From Candidatus Obscuribacteraceae bacterium (lineage in GTDB: Bacteria > Cyanobacteriota > Vampirovibrionia > Obscuribacterales > Obscuribacteraceae), in contig JBGASG010000003.1 of the NCBI GenBank assembly GCA_044229845.1, positions 320,001 to 384,000 on the forward strand: 64,000 bases of DNA. Direction: 5' to 3'. The position numbers were made by a program, and so were the translations under genes. The notes beneath the pieces were generated by a model, which worked only from the letters and a program-made list of their open reading frames with translations, did not search any database and was not told the DNA's origin. This document shows, one piece after another, positions 47,375 to 57,578 of the stretch (position 1 is the stretch's first letter; every line of letters begins with the position of its first letter).

Positions 47375-47497
47375 CCAACCAAATTGGCTTGTTGCAGACA
47401 TGCCAATTGATTGGTAATCTAGCGATTGGCAGGCTTAATTGGTTTGTTCACCCAAATTGGTTGGATGCATTTAATGAATTGGCAGGAACTAATTGGC
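47375..47497. promoter_or_regulatory. Cluster of ATTGG/CCAAT boxes, probable MocR/PdxR operator
   Basis: Seven ATTGG within about 115 bp upstream of and overlapping the regulator start. Confidence 0.5.
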
Positions 47498-49069
47498 GTT
47501 GTGAAGGCGGAAAAACCCCGTGGCGTGCCCATGTACGCCGAATTGGCCCGCGCCCTGAAGGAAAGCATCGAGAGCGGTGAGCTGGCCGCCGGCGAAAAAC
47601 TACCAACAGATCGCGCGCTCGCATCATCCCTGCAAGTCGACCGCTCGACGGTTTCGCGCGCTTACGACGAACTGCAAGCACTCGGACTGATCAGCAGCCA
47701 CGTCGGGCGCGGCACATTCGTGACCGCTGCTCCAATCAACTTACGTCCGGATGACAGTCCGGTCGAAGCCGGCCGCAGCAGACGCCCATCGGCATCGACT
47801 CTATCCTCTTCGTCTACGCGTTCGGTGCTCTGGCACGAAAAATTCTCGCGATTCAGTCAGTCTTCGGCCAATATCCTCAATAGACAGCCAGTGCCGTACG
47901 CAGCACCTGAGTCGATGATCTCTTTTAGTGGTGGCACACCTACTCGCGAGTTTATTCCCCACGAAGACTTCCAAAACATGGTTGGTGATCTGGTTAGAAA
48001 ACCCGATGCGTCCGACATGTTCGAATACAGTCCGCCCGACGGACATCCTCTTCTTCGCGAACAAGTTCGCTCCTATCTGAAAAGAAACGGGATCGACGCA
48101 GCAGAAGACGAACTCTTGATTCTCAGCGGTTCACAGCAAGGTATCGATCTCGTTGGTCGTACATTTGTCGACGCCAACGACGCGGTGGCTCTGGAAGATC
48201 CGACGTACTTCTGGGCTCTCTGCAACTTTTCTTCGCTTGGCGCTCGCTGCCTGCCAGTCTCTGTCGACGACAACGGACTGCGCCTGGATGTGCTGGAAAG
48301 CGTCATCTCCAGACAGCGCGTCAAGCTCGCTTACGTAATGCCTTCATTCCAGAATCCGACTGGGGCGTCCATGCCCATCGAAAACCGCCGCCAGCTGCTC
48401 GAGTTGGCAGGCATCTACAATGTCCCGATTCTCGAAGACAATTTTGTCGGCGACCTCAGCTACGATGGTGCCCCCTTCCCGACGCTGAAAGCGCTGGACG
48501 AACATGGCGTGGTTATCCATCAGGGCACTTTCTCCAAAGCCCTGTGCCCGGGACTGCGTCTGGGTTGGCTGGTCGCCCCGCGCGAAGTGATCTCGCGGCT
48601 ATTGCTGGCGAAACGCACCATCGATCTTTCCACAAACTCCATGGCGCAAGTAATCGTCGCCAGCTACCTGAACAATGGTTTGTACGAAAAACATCTGGAC
48701 ATCGTACGACGAGCCTACCGAAGCCGACGTGACACCATGGACCAGGCGCTACGCGCCAGCATGCCTAGTGATGTCACCTGGACGAAACCGCAGGGCGGCA
48801 TGTTCATCTGGGCGAAACTTCCCAGCGGTGCCTCCGCGCGAGAAATGCTGGCACTGGCTGAAAGCGAAGGAGTTACGTACAGCCCAGGAGACATGTTTTT
48901 CTTCGCCGCCGACCGCCCCGAATATTTCCGACTGACTTTTATTCAACAGAACGAACAGCAAATCGAAGAAGGCATTGCCCGCCTGTCACGCGCCGTCAAA
49001 AAATATCTCGCCACCCGCTCCAGCGTTGCGTCACGCGCCGCCAATCAAGCACACCGCACTCTCATCTGA
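47474..49069 (+). CDS. MocR/GntR-family PLP-dependent regulator, probable PdxR
   Basis: wHTH LPTDRALA..L.V.R.TV.RAY.EL plus aminotransferase domain (SGSQQG, FQNPTG, TFSK.L.PGLRLGW); directly upstream of pdxST. Confidence 0.88.
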   Translation: MNWQELIGVVKAEKPRGVPMYAELARALKESIESGELAAGEKLPTDRALASSLQVDRSTVSRAYDELQALGLISSHVGRGTFVTAAPINLRPDDSPVEAGRSRRPSASTLSSSSTRSVLWHEKFSRFSQSSANILNRQPVPYAAPESMISFSGGTPTREFIPHEDFQNMVGDLVRKPDASDMFEYSPPDGHPLLREQVRSYLKRNGIDAAEDELLILSGSQQGIDLVGRTFVDANDAVALEDPTYFWALCNFSSLGARCLPVSVDDNGLRLDVLESVISRQRVKLAYVMPSFQNPTGASMPIENRRQLLELAGIYNVPILEDNFVGDLSYDGAPFPTLKALDEHGVVIHQGTFSKALCPGLRLGWLVAPREVISRLLLAKRTIDLSTNSMAQVIVASYLNNGLYEKHLDIVRRAYRSRRDTMDQALRASMPSDVTWTKPQGGMFIWAKLPSGASAREMLALAESEGVTYSPGDMFFFAADRPEYFRLTFIQQNEQQIEEGIARLSRAVKKYLATRSSVASRAANQAHRTLI

Positions 49070-49157
49070 TCCAATTTTCTGATCCAATCACCCAACTCAA
49101 TCTTTTCCCAGCTTAATCTCATCCCAACTCAATCAACTTTATAAAGAGGTACTAGAT

Positions 49158-50069
49158 ATGGTGACTACAGTCAAAACCAATGACACGCCGAAGACCGGCA
49201 CCGACCTGGTAAAAAAGGCGCTGCCGCAAATGCTGAAAGGCGGCGTCATCATGGACGTCGTCACCGCCGACCAGGCCAAAATAGCTGAAGAAGCCGGCGC
49301 CGTTGCCGTCATGGCGCTCGAGCGCGTGCCGGCCGATATCCGCGGTTCCGGCGGCGTCGCTCGCATGAGCGACCCCGAGTTGATCATCAAGATCAAAGAA
49401 GCAGTCAGCATTCCCGTGATGGCAAAAGTTCGCATCGGACATTTCGTCGAAGCGCAAATTCTCGAATCGATCGGCGTCGACTGCATCGACGAGAGCGAAG
49501 TGCTGACGCCGGCTGACGAAGAGTTTCATATCGCAAAAAACAAGTTCACGATTCCCTTTGTATGCGGCTGCCGCAACCTCGGTGAAGCTCTGCGCCGCAT
49601 CGGCGAAGGCGCAGCCATGATTCGCACGAAAGGCGAAGCCGGCACCGGCGACGTCGTCGAAGCCGTCCGTCACGCTCGCACCGTACTCGGCGAAATCCGC
49701 AAACTCACCGTCTTGCCCGAAGAAGAACTGATGACCTACGCAAAAAACATCGGCGCACCGTTCGAACTTGTAAAACAAGTTGCAGAAACCGGCAAACTGC
49801 CGGTCGTCAACTTTGCCGCCGGTGGCATTGCCACGCCGGCTGATGCAGCATTGATGATGCAAATTGGTGTGGAAGGCGTCTTCGTAGGCTCCGGCATTTT
49901 CAAATCCGGCGATCCGCAAAAGCGCGCACAAGCGATTGTGAAAGCCACAACCTTCTACAACGACCCCAAAGTGATCGCCGAAGTCAGCCGCAACCTCGGC
50001 GAACCCATGGTCGGTCGCAACTGCTCCAGCCTCACTCCGCAAGAAACGATTGCTACCCGGGGGTGGTAA
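49158..50069 (+). CDS. pdxS: Pyridoxal 5'-phosphate synthase lyase subunit
   Basis: [56 protein letters not shown] end. Confidence 0.98.
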   Translation: MVTTVKTNDTPKTGTDLVKKALPQMLKGGVIMDVVTADQAKIAEEAGAVAVMALERVPADIRGSGGVARMSDPELIIKIKEAVSIPVMAKVRIGHFVEAQILESIGVDCIDESEVLTPADEEFHIAKNKFTIPFVCGCRNLGEALRRIGEGAAMIRTKGEAGTGDVVEAVRHARTVLGEIRKLTVLPEEELMTYAKNIGAPFELVKQVAETGKLPVVNFAAGGIATPADAALMMQIGVEGVFVGSGIFKSGDPQKRAQAIVKATTFYNDPKVIAEVSRNLGEPMVGRNCSSLTPQETIATRGW

Positions 50070-50071
50070 AC

Positions 50072-50752
50072 ATGCCGCTAATCGGAATCCTGTCACTGCA
50101 AGGCAGCTTTGCCGAACACGAGGACATGCTGAAACGAGCCGGTGCGAAAACCCGGCTCGTCAGGCGCGCCGATGAGATTGAAGATCTCGACGGACTCGTC
50201 ATTCCCGGCGGCGAATCGACAACGATCGCTAAACTGACTGAACGAGCCGACGACACCATTTTCGATACCATCATCCGGCGCGCCCGAGCAGGCATGCCTA
50301 TTTACGGCACCTGCATGGGCTCAATTTTTCTGGCTAGAGAAATTGAGGGTTCAGCTCAAGGGCGCCTGGCTTTGATGGACATCAAGGTGCGTCGCAACGC
50401 GTTTGGACCGCAAAAGTTCAGCAGCGAGCAACTGGTAGAAATTCCCGCTCTCGGTGAGCAGCCGTTCAATGTTGTGTTCATCCGCGCGCCAATCATACTT
50501 AATTGCGGCGAGAATGTATCCGTGCTGGCTCAGGTCGAGGAAGGGATTGTCATGGCACGCCAGGACAATCTATTGGTTACCTCTTTCCATCCGGAGCTGA
50601 CCGAAGATCTGCGCGTCCACAAATATTTCCTCGATATGGTCAACCAGAGCCTTTCGGCGAAGGCAGACTCAACCGTCTGCGCATCGGCAGAAACCTCTCA
50701 AACCTCTCACTGCGCTACAATTCCCATTCCCCGAACCGTAGCGCCCATGTGA
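50072..50752 (+). CDS. pdxT: Pyridoxal 5'-phosphate synthase glutaminase subunit
   Basis: GILSLQG.F.EH, IPGGESTT, GTCMG, RNAFG.Q, FIRAP, SFHPELT. Confidence 0.96.
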   Translation: MPLIGILSLQGSFAEHEDMLKRAGAKTRLVRRADEIEDLDGLVIPGGESTTIAKLTERADDTIFDTIIRRARAGMPIYGTCMGSIFLAREIEGSAQGRLALMDIKVRRNAFGPQKFSSEQLVEIPALGEQPFNVVFIRAPIILNCGENVSVLAQVEEGIVMARQDNLLVTSFHPELTEDLRVHKYFLDMVNQSLSAKADSTVCASAETSQTSHCATIPIPRTVAPM

Positions 50753-52239
50753 CAGGTCAAATCAAGATGCCGCAACAACATTACATTGACGGAAAGTTCA
50801 CCAAAGGTCAGTCTAAAGAAACAATCGAGGTCATCGACCCGGCGACCGAAAAAGCAATCGACTCGGTTCCAAAAGGTACTGAAGCCGATGCACACGCGGC
50901 CGTAGCGGCAGCCAAAGCAGCGTTCGATAAATGGCGCCGAACATCGGCCAATGTCCGCGCCACCATGCTGCACGAGGCGGCAGCAAAGATGCGCGCTCGC
51001 CAGCACGAAATCGTCAACCTGTTGACTCGCGAGCAGGGCAAACCGGTTCCAGAGAACGACGAAGAGTTCGAATGGCTGTGCAACACCTTCGACTACTATG
51101 CCGAACTGGGTCGCCACGAGCGCGGTCGAGTGCTGCCCTCTGGCGAGTATTCGCAACTCAATCTCGTCATCAAAGAGCCTTACGGCGTTGCCGCGTGCAT
51201 CATCCCGTGGAACTATCCGCTTTTGCTGCTGGCCTGGAAAATGGCTCCCGCACTGGCTGCCGGCAACACTATCGTAATCAAACCGAGCGAACTAACACCT
51301 TTGACGACGATGTTTCTCGCCGAACATTGCTGGGATCACTTCCCACCCGGCGTCATCAACATCGTGAACGGCTACGGGCAGGATGTCGCTGAACCGCTGG
51401 TGGTGCATCCTGATGTTCCCGTGATTGCCTTCACCGGCAGCCTGGGCATCGGTCAACGTATTGCATCTCTCGCCGCGCCGATGATGAAGAAACTGCACCT
51501 GGAGCTGGGCGGCAAAGACGCTTTCGTCATCACCGAAGATGCCGATCCCGAAATGTCCGCGCGCGCTCTCGCCTACGCCGCCCTCACAAACGCGGGACAA
51601 GTCTGCACGTCCACCGAGCGCGTCTACTTGCCGAAATCCAAGGCAAAACAATTCACAGAAGCGCTGGTCGAGCACGTGCGCAAACTGAGACTCGGCCCCG
51701 GACTGGAATCAGAAACCGATGTCGGCCCGATGATCGGTGATCGCTACCGGCAAAAGGTCGAGCAACACATCTCCGAAGCCATCAACAAAGGAGCCAAGTG
51801 CCTGGTCGGCGGCGGACGCCCGCAGCACCTCAAGCAAGGCTACTTCCTCGAGCCCACAGTGCTCAGCAACGTCAACCATTCAATGACGATCATGAGGGAA
51901 GAAACCTTCGGTCCAGCCATTCCTTTGATGGAATACCAATCATTCGAAGAAGCAATTCAACTGACCAACGATTGCCAGTTCGGTCTAGGCGCGTGCCTGG
52001 TCACCAACGATCCACTGAAAGCCAAACTCTTCATGGAAGAAGTGAAGGCTGGAACCGTGTGGATCAATGATCCGCTCACGGACAATTATGCCGGTCCTTT
52101 TGGAGGCATGAAGTTCAGCGGCGGAGCACGCGAACTTGGGCAAGAAGGACTCGACGAGTTTCGCGAGACTAAGCATGTGCACTGGGACTTTTCACCAGGA
52201 ATCAAGTCCTGGTGGTACCCCTACGGCAATTCTAACTAG
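50749..52239 (+). CDS. NAD(P)-dependent aldehyde dehydrogenase; start GTG 50749 or ATG 50767
   Basis: PWNYP, KPSE, FTGS, LELGGK, NAGQVC, EETFGP, PFGGMK.SG. Confidence 0.94.
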   Translation: MTGQIKMPQQHYIDGKFTKGQSKETIEVIDPATEKAIDSVPKGTEADAHAAVAAAKAAFDKWRRTSANVRATMLHEAAAKMRARQHEIVNLLTREQGKPVPENDEEFEWLCNTFDYYAELGRHERGRVLPSGEYSQLNLVIKEPYGVAACIIPWNYPLLLLAWKMAPALAAGNTIVIKPSELTPLTTMFLAEHCWDHFPPGVINIVNGYGQDVAEPLVVHPDVPVIAFTGSLGIGQRIASLAAPMMKKLHLELGGKDAFVITEDADPEMSARALAYAALTNAGQVCTSTERVYLPKSKAKQFTEALVEHVRKLRLGPGLESETDVGPMIGDRYRQKVEQHISEAINKGAKCLVGGGRPQHLKQGYFLEPTVLSNVNHSMTIMREETFGPAIPLMEYQSFEEAIQLTNDCQFGLGACLVTNDPLKAKLFMEEVKAGTVWINDPLTDNYAGPFGGMKFSGGARELGQEGLDEFRETKHVHWDFSPGIKSWWYPYGNSN

Positions 52240-52302
52240 TCGACGAGTCGTCGCTCAGGTCAAAGACAAACACGCGAAAAACCTTCGTTCTTCGCGTAGC
52301 CG

Positions 52303-52680
52303 TTAAGGCATGACTTTGCACTCAACCTTTGCCGAGCCGCTGGGATAAATTCCAAGAGTCTTTGCCGCACCCTCAGAAAGATCGATGACGCGATGTTTCA
52401 TTGGTGCACACCGATCGTTTATTTCAACGATGGCACTCTTACCTGACTTTGGATATGTCACTTTCACTTTGGTGCCAAATGGCAGATTTGCGTGCGCCGC
52501 TGTCATCAGATTTTTGTCGAAAACCTTACCATTGGCAGCCCGCTTGCCGTGGAAGCCGGGTCCATACCAGTGAGCGGTTCCCGCAAACGTGCCATCTGCG
52601 GCCTGGGCTGTTGAGGCACCCACGCCGGACGTCAACGCAATAGCTGCAGCAACTGCCAATAATCCCAAAGTCTTTTGCAT
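52303..52680 (-). CDS. rlpA: RlpA-like (DPBB) septal ring lytic transglycosylase family protein
   Basis: A.WYGPGFHG...ANG..FD....TAAH..LPFGT.VKVT....V.INDR......IDLS. Confidence 0.88.
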   Translation of the reverse strand: MQKTLGLLAVAAAIALTSGVGASTAQAADGTFAGTAHWYGPGFHGKRAANGKVFDKNLMTAAHANLPFGTKVKVTYPKSGKSAIVEINDRCAPMKHRVIDLSEGAAKTLGIYPSGSAKVECKVMP

Positions 52681-52724
52681 AGAGCACCTGACCAGTCAAA
52701 CGGGGTCATTGTTGCATATGAGGG

Positions 52725-52900
52725 ACCTGCCGTGGCTCAGGAGGCGCTGTTAGACATCGCTCAGGCAAATCAGTCCATACAAGCAACGACCGCACCAGGC
52801 GAACCCGGTGCGGTTGTGCGGCTGACGAAATGCTGCGGCTGATTTTCTACTTAAGTTGTAGAGGACCCTCCGCGGCATTAACGAACAGAACACCCAGCGC
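52725..52900 (+). ncRNA. Candidate 6S RNA (long rod-like hairpin); ends approximate
   Basis: Nested stems UGCCGUGG/CCGCGGCA, AAAUCAGUC/GGCUGAUUU and CGACCGCACC/GGUGCGGUUG; G-U pairs favour the + strand; central bubble. Confidence 0.5.
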
Positions 52901-53066
52901 GTAAAGTTCATACTAAAAGGAAAATTTCCAACAAGGGAATTGGAAACGGATTGTCTGCAACTGTGCATCTATCCAGCGTATATAAAGGTGGAGCGCGCCC
53001 CGCCGACGCGCTCCCTCGCTTCATACTATGTGCCCGCACCGAAAACGGTGACGGGCTAAACTCAAC

Positions 53067-53717
53067 TCAAGCCGCCCGCATATCAACGTAAGGCGCGAGC
53101 ATTTGCTGCACCTTCGAACGAGCGCGGGCGATGCGAGATTTTACAGTTCCCATTTCGGAATGTGTGACCGCAGCAATCTCTTCGTAAGACAATCCCTGCA
53201 ACTCGCGCAGAACAATGGCGGTGCGGAAGTGACCCGGCAACTGCAACATCGCTTCGCGTATGGCGATCGATAATTCTTTGCGTTGGTAACATTCATCGGG
53301 GAGCGCCGACAAATCCGCTATATCCCGGGTCGGGCACTCTTCGTTGTCTTCATAATCCCAGGGCTCGTCCATGGAAACAGTCGGCAGTTGCTTCGGCCGC
53401 TTCCTCAGTTCGTCATAAAAGAGGTTAGTCGTAATGTGGTTCAACCAGGAGCGGAAAGCCCTTGGATTTCGCAAGGTGTCTATCGACTTCCAGACACGGA
53501 TGAAGACTTCTTGCGCCAGATCGGCGGTTGTATTCCAATCTGGAGCCAGTTGATAGAGAAGATTGTATACGGAGCGTTGGTGCCTCTTTATCAATTCCTC
53601 GAATGCAACTGGATCTTTTCTCTGGCAGGCAAGCACCAGTTCAGACTCGCTGCGATGAGAGGTGCCGCCGCTCAAGACGGTCAGGGATGGTCTCTCTTTA
53701 TCTTCAGAAGTAACCAT
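53067..53717 (-). CDS. ECF-type sigma-70 factor (sigma-24/RpoE-like)
   Basis: DLAQEVFIRVW, FRSWL..I..N, IVLRELQGLSYEEIA, GTVKSRIARAR. Confidence 0.93.
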   Translation of the reverse strand: MVTSEDKERPSLTVLSGGTSHRSESELVLACQRKDPVAFEELIKRHQRSVYNLLYQLAPDWNTTADLAQEVFIRVWKSIDTLRNPRAFRSWLNHITTNLFYDELRKRPKQLPTVSMDEPWDYEDNEECPTRDIADLSALPDECYQRKELSIAIREAMLQLPGHFRTAIVLRELQGLSYEEIAAVTHSEMGTVKSRIARARSKVQQMLAPYVDMRAA

Positions 53718-53984
53718 AATTACAGTCTCCGAAGTGACGGATACCGTTTTAGTGCGCAGAAAACTCAGTCGGGTGAAGGGTCTACATACTCATTGTCTTC
53801 CTCAATGCGGCTGAGTTGTAGATGGGAAAACATATAATCGACTCGGGTTTCATTCAGCAAAAGGCATCTGTAGACTAGGCGTAAACGCTCTCTCCGTCCG
53901 GGACTCCAATTGCAATGTTGGAATAATGTTTGCTTACTTAACCTTAGGACACATGTAACTAATTCGACCAAAGAGGTACATCCT

Positions 53985-54596
53985 ATGATTCCAGAGGAAG
54001 TTGGAAACTGGCTTCTTCTCTGGCAACCAGAGCAGGACCTCACAGCTATATTCAAGTTCGATTGGGCTGACACAGCTGTACTGAGAGAAGCCGTAACCTT
54101 TCTGCTCACCACTCACATGGACGCTATAAACGGGCTAGACATCGACGTTTTGGACGACGTTAACTTCCTGCGCGTGAAGATGCTGATTGCCAGTAATCCG
54201 GAAACACCAAATGCGGTGCTGGAATACCTGGCTAAGAGAAGTGGTCCTTGCGTGCTGGAGCGAATCGCTGAGAACCCCAATACCCCGGCATCAGTGCTGG
54301 AAGATTTGGCCGGCAGCGATTGGCCGAATGTCCGTTCGGCCGTCGCCGAGAATTCGCATTCTCCTGCCGATCTGATCAAAGATCTGTCAGGTGACGAGAA
54401 CCCGGACATTCGCTATACCGTAGCCGAGAACGCTGGTACCCCCATAGAAGTTTTGCAGCTTCTTGAACTTGACGAGAATCCATATGTATCGCATCGCGCG
54501 CATACAACGCTTTCACGCCTCTCAGGAGGATTTGTGCAACAGGGCAATTTTCGCCAGGATTCTCGCCGCGGACTTAACGCCCGTCCCGCGTACTGA
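53985..54596 (+). CDS. Leucine-rich-repeat-variant/HEAT repeat protein
   Basis: Repeats VR..(I/V)AENP.TP..VL..LA.D. Confidence 0.75.
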   Translation: MIPEEVGNWLLLWQPEQDLTAIFKFDWADTAVLREAVTFLLTTHMDAINGLDIDVLDDVNFLRVKMLIASNPETPNAVLEYLAKRSGPCVLERIAENPNTPASVLEDLAGSDWPNVRSAVAENSHSPADLIKDLSGDENPDIRYTVAENAGTPIEVLQLLELDENPYVSHRAHTTLSRLSGGFVQQGNFRQDSRRGLNARPAY

Positions 54597-54926
54597 GGTA
54601 ACTGACTATCCAAAAGACGCGATAAACAGCGGAATTTCAAAGTTCGCTTTCAGGTGAGCACTGGCCCGGTCGACGCCTCCAGTTGCCGGGCCCTCACCTG
54701 ATTTTGGTGCCGATTTTGATCTCGCTTCCGTCCTCGCCATGCCGACTTTAGAAGACGCCAGCTGGGAAATTTACGATACGGGCGGGAATTCCCCCAATCG
54801 ACTCTCCTCATGCAAAAACCTATCATCGCAGCATGATCGACCTGGGGTGATTGTCTGAGCTGCCGCCGTCCGGCACCTTGGAGAACAGGTTGCGTCTGGC
54901 ATCCATCCACAAAGGACTCCCGCCAT

Positions 54927-57572
54927 ATGGCCCACGGTTTCGACGCTCTTGGAGCTTCGCATTCTGAAGCACAGGAATTGAAATTATCCCAGGGCATCGC
55001 CGACAACGTTCTTTTGTCGTCGGCAGAGATTTGGGCGAACGGTGGCACTAGCGCTGCCGGACGATTCAACGGCACGCTCTTCAACGGCACGATGCAAGGC
55101 ATCGAAAATCGTGTCCACGAAATGGGCGAAAATAAGGCAGAAACCGCAGCCGAATTTACCATTGCCACCAGTATCGGCATAGGACTGGGACTGATGAACA
55201 AAGCGGGCGGACGCTACGCAACCATTGCCAAATGGGGCGGGCGCGCCATGCTCGGTCTGATGGGCGTTGACCTGACGCGACGCGTGGGAACATCCGTATA
55301 CCTGGCAGGTGACTCAGTGTTCAATCCACAAAATTATCAGTCCAACACCGACGCCGTAGCAAACAACATGGGTGTAGTAGCGGTTGACTATCCGCTCATG
55401 GCGCTGGGCGGTTATGGCACAGCCAAAGTTATGAGCGGCGGCAAGTTCTCGATGAGAGAGTTGCTTGGCTTCAAAGGAAAATCCACTGCAGCTGGTGAAG
55501 CTCCAGTATCGGAATCAGCTGTCGGCGAGTTGGCTATTTCTACCGGTGCAGACCTGCATGCCGGTGAACGCCTAACCACGCAAGCAATGCGGCAGCGGCT
55601 AACTTTTGCGGAGCAGGGTCAGGACAAGAAAGGAGTGAGTGGTTTCGGCGACCTCTTTAAGGTCATGGCTGAACGCACTAACTTAAAAGAAAACCCGGCT
55701 CTATCAACCGAGCGCGTCCAACTGCTGAACGACCTGAAAGCGGTCGAAGCCGCCCAATCGGAACTGGCTGGTCTGAATAACACAAGACAGGGACTAGTCC
55801 GACAACGCTCAGCTCTGGACGGAGCAGTTCAGAGCGCCGAGCAGCATCTGGCGCAATTGGAACAAGTAAAGACCGAACTGGCCGCTAAGCGAGCCGACAT
55901 GGACGCCGCTCGCGCCGATGTAGGAGCCGCCAGAAAAGCGGCACGCGCCAAGGAAACAGGCACGGGCGTCGTCGAAGGCGAGCCGCCCACAGCCCCCAAA
56001 GGCAAAAGCAACCAACCCGGTGCGCGCGGCGAGGGCGATGAATCGCCATTGACGATCGAAGAATTGCAAGCCAAATTCGATCAGGCAAAGCAAGAAGTTG
56101 AAGGTCTGCAAGGTCAGCTGGATAGCCGGCCGCGATTGGAGCAAGCGGTAGAGTTTGCGAAAACCAACCGGGAAGCGAACGCCGGCGGACTCGATGCGCA
56201 GATTGCCGCTTTAAATGAAACCATCGCCGCCAAACAAACGCAGGTCGATGCTCTGCAAGGTAGTGTCGAAGCCAGGTTCCGTACTTGGACTGAACAAGCC
56301 GACGGACTGGTGCAAGTGCAAACGGCAGCCGCCGAGACAGGCAGTTCCGGAGTGCGGTTGGAAGAACTACCCGCCGGGTCTGAGGTCACCGCCAAATCTC
56401 CTGCAAAGACGGGGGCTCGGGCATTCGAACTCGGCGCGGTCACCGAGAAGGCTGCCACCACAGGCAGAGGCATAACCGATCCACTGGTGATCGAACCAAT
56501 CGCTAAAATCGTCGAACCGCCGGTGAAGGTAGTCGAACCGCCGGCGAAGGTCGTCGAGCCACCAGCAAAAGTGGAGCCGGCGGTCAAAGAAAAGCCTGTC
56601 CGCCCGACCGAAACATCCGAAGTTCCAGTTACCGCCAAAGATGTATCCGAATCGATCGGGGCCGCAGAGAAGGCTCTGAAAGACCGCCGATATGTTGTCG
56701 GGATGCGTGAGACAGCCAAAGCAATTGCTCAACATTTGGAACTCTTCCGCACCGACCCCTCTGTCGACAACAAGGCATTTCTTGCACGCATCCAGGGATT
56801 GCTCGGACGAATCGATGTCTGGGAAGCCCCGACGAGATGGTTGCGTTCAGATCCCGGTCGCAACGAAATTGCCACCATTATGCAGCGCACCGGCATCGAC
56901 GCCGATGTGATGGCAGCGAATCGCAACTGGGCACGCAGCACACAGACCTTCGACAATACCGCAGGTAGAGCAGTGCAGGGCTTCCAGGCTCGTCCCGGTG
57001 AGATGCCGGAGTTGACCTTGTCGCGCATTCAACAACACCTGGAAGCAAGAGTGCGCGTCGAAAACGGCAAGAACTTCCTCAACAAACTGTCTGACGCCGA
57101 CCGCCTCGACCCGGTGATCGTCAAAGGCATGGAGATGATGCGTTCCGGAAAGCTGCCCGACGGCACCCCCATCCCGGAAGATGCCAGTTTGCTAGCGCTG
57201 GGACGACGCACGATCGGCGGCAAAGAAGTGGTAATGGCACTGGGCACCAACAGACCCAACTACATCGACAAAGCCGCATACGATCGCTGGTTCGTCGAGA
57301 GCCAGACAGTTCGTCAGAAAGGACTGGGCGCACTTTCGGAAGAACAACAACTCGCACTGCGACATCATCATGGACCGGAGAGATTCACAGGCACGAAACC
57401 GGACGGCTTTGCGATTCTGTTCCCAGGCAAGGGGGGCAAGGTGATCAAATTCGTCGATCTGCCGCAATCTTTGCAAGGAGAGTTGTCCGGCGGTTTCACC
57501 AAAGGCAGCAACACGCTCCGCATTCACAGCGACTTCCAGCGCCTCATGTCGCTGGCCAATCGGGGAGGCTAG
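54927..57572 (+). CDS. Large hypothetical protein: Gly-rich hydrophobic N-region, coiled coil, Pro-rich linker, unknown C-domain
   Basis: 881-aa ORF with AAGGA RBS; heptad-rich middle; KVVEPPA repeats. Confidence 0.75.
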   Translation: MAHGFDALGASHSEAQELKLSQGIADNVLLSSAEIWANGGTSAAGRFNGTLFNGTMQGIENRVHEMGENKAETAAEFTIATSIGIGLGLMNKAGGRYATIAKWGGRAMLGLMGVDLTRRVGTSVYLAGDSVFNPQNYQSNTDAVANNMGVVAVDYPLMALGGYGTAKVMSGGKFSMRELLGFKGKSTAAGEAPVSESAVGELAISTGADLHAGERLTTQAMRQRLTFAEQGQDKKGVSGFGDLFKVMAERTNLKENPALSTERVQLLNDLKAVEAAQSELAGLNNTRQGLVRQRSALDGAVQSAEQHLAQLEQVKTELAAKRADMDAARADVGAARKAARAKETGTGVVEGEPPTAPKGKSNQPGARGEGDESPLTIEELQAKFDQAKQEVEGLQGQLDSRPRLEQAVEFAKTNREANAGGLDAQIAALNETIAAKQTQVDALQGSVEARFRTWTEQADGLVQVQTAAAETGSSGVRLEELPAGSEVTAKSPAKTGARAFELGAVTEKAATTGRGITDPLVIEPIAKIVEPPVKVVEPPAKVVEPPAKVEPAVKEKPVRPTETSEVPVTAKDVSESIGAAEKALKDRRYVVGMRETAKAIAQHLELFRTDPSVDNKAFLARIQGLLGRIDVWEAPTRWLRSDPGRNEIATIMQRTGIDADVMAANRNWARSTQTFDNTAGRAVQGFQARPGEMPELTLSRIQQHLEARVRVENGKNFLNKLSDADRLDPVIVKGMEMMRSGKLPDGTPIPEDASLLALGRRTIGGKEVVMALGTNRPNYIDKAAYDRWFVESQTVRQKGLGALSEEQQLALRHHHGPERFTGTKPDGFAILFPGKGGKVIKFVDLPQSLQGELSGGFTKGSNTLRIHSDFQRLMSLANRGG

Positions 57573-57578
57573 GACAGC

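Noticed and set aside
52690..52930. c-di-AMP riboswitch, RNase P, tmRNA or SRP RNA upstream of rlpA
   Set aside because: Hallmark motifs (GCYGAAUCC and CAGCUAAC, GAGGAAAGUCC, a tRNA-like CCA end, GGAAGGAAGCAG) are not present.
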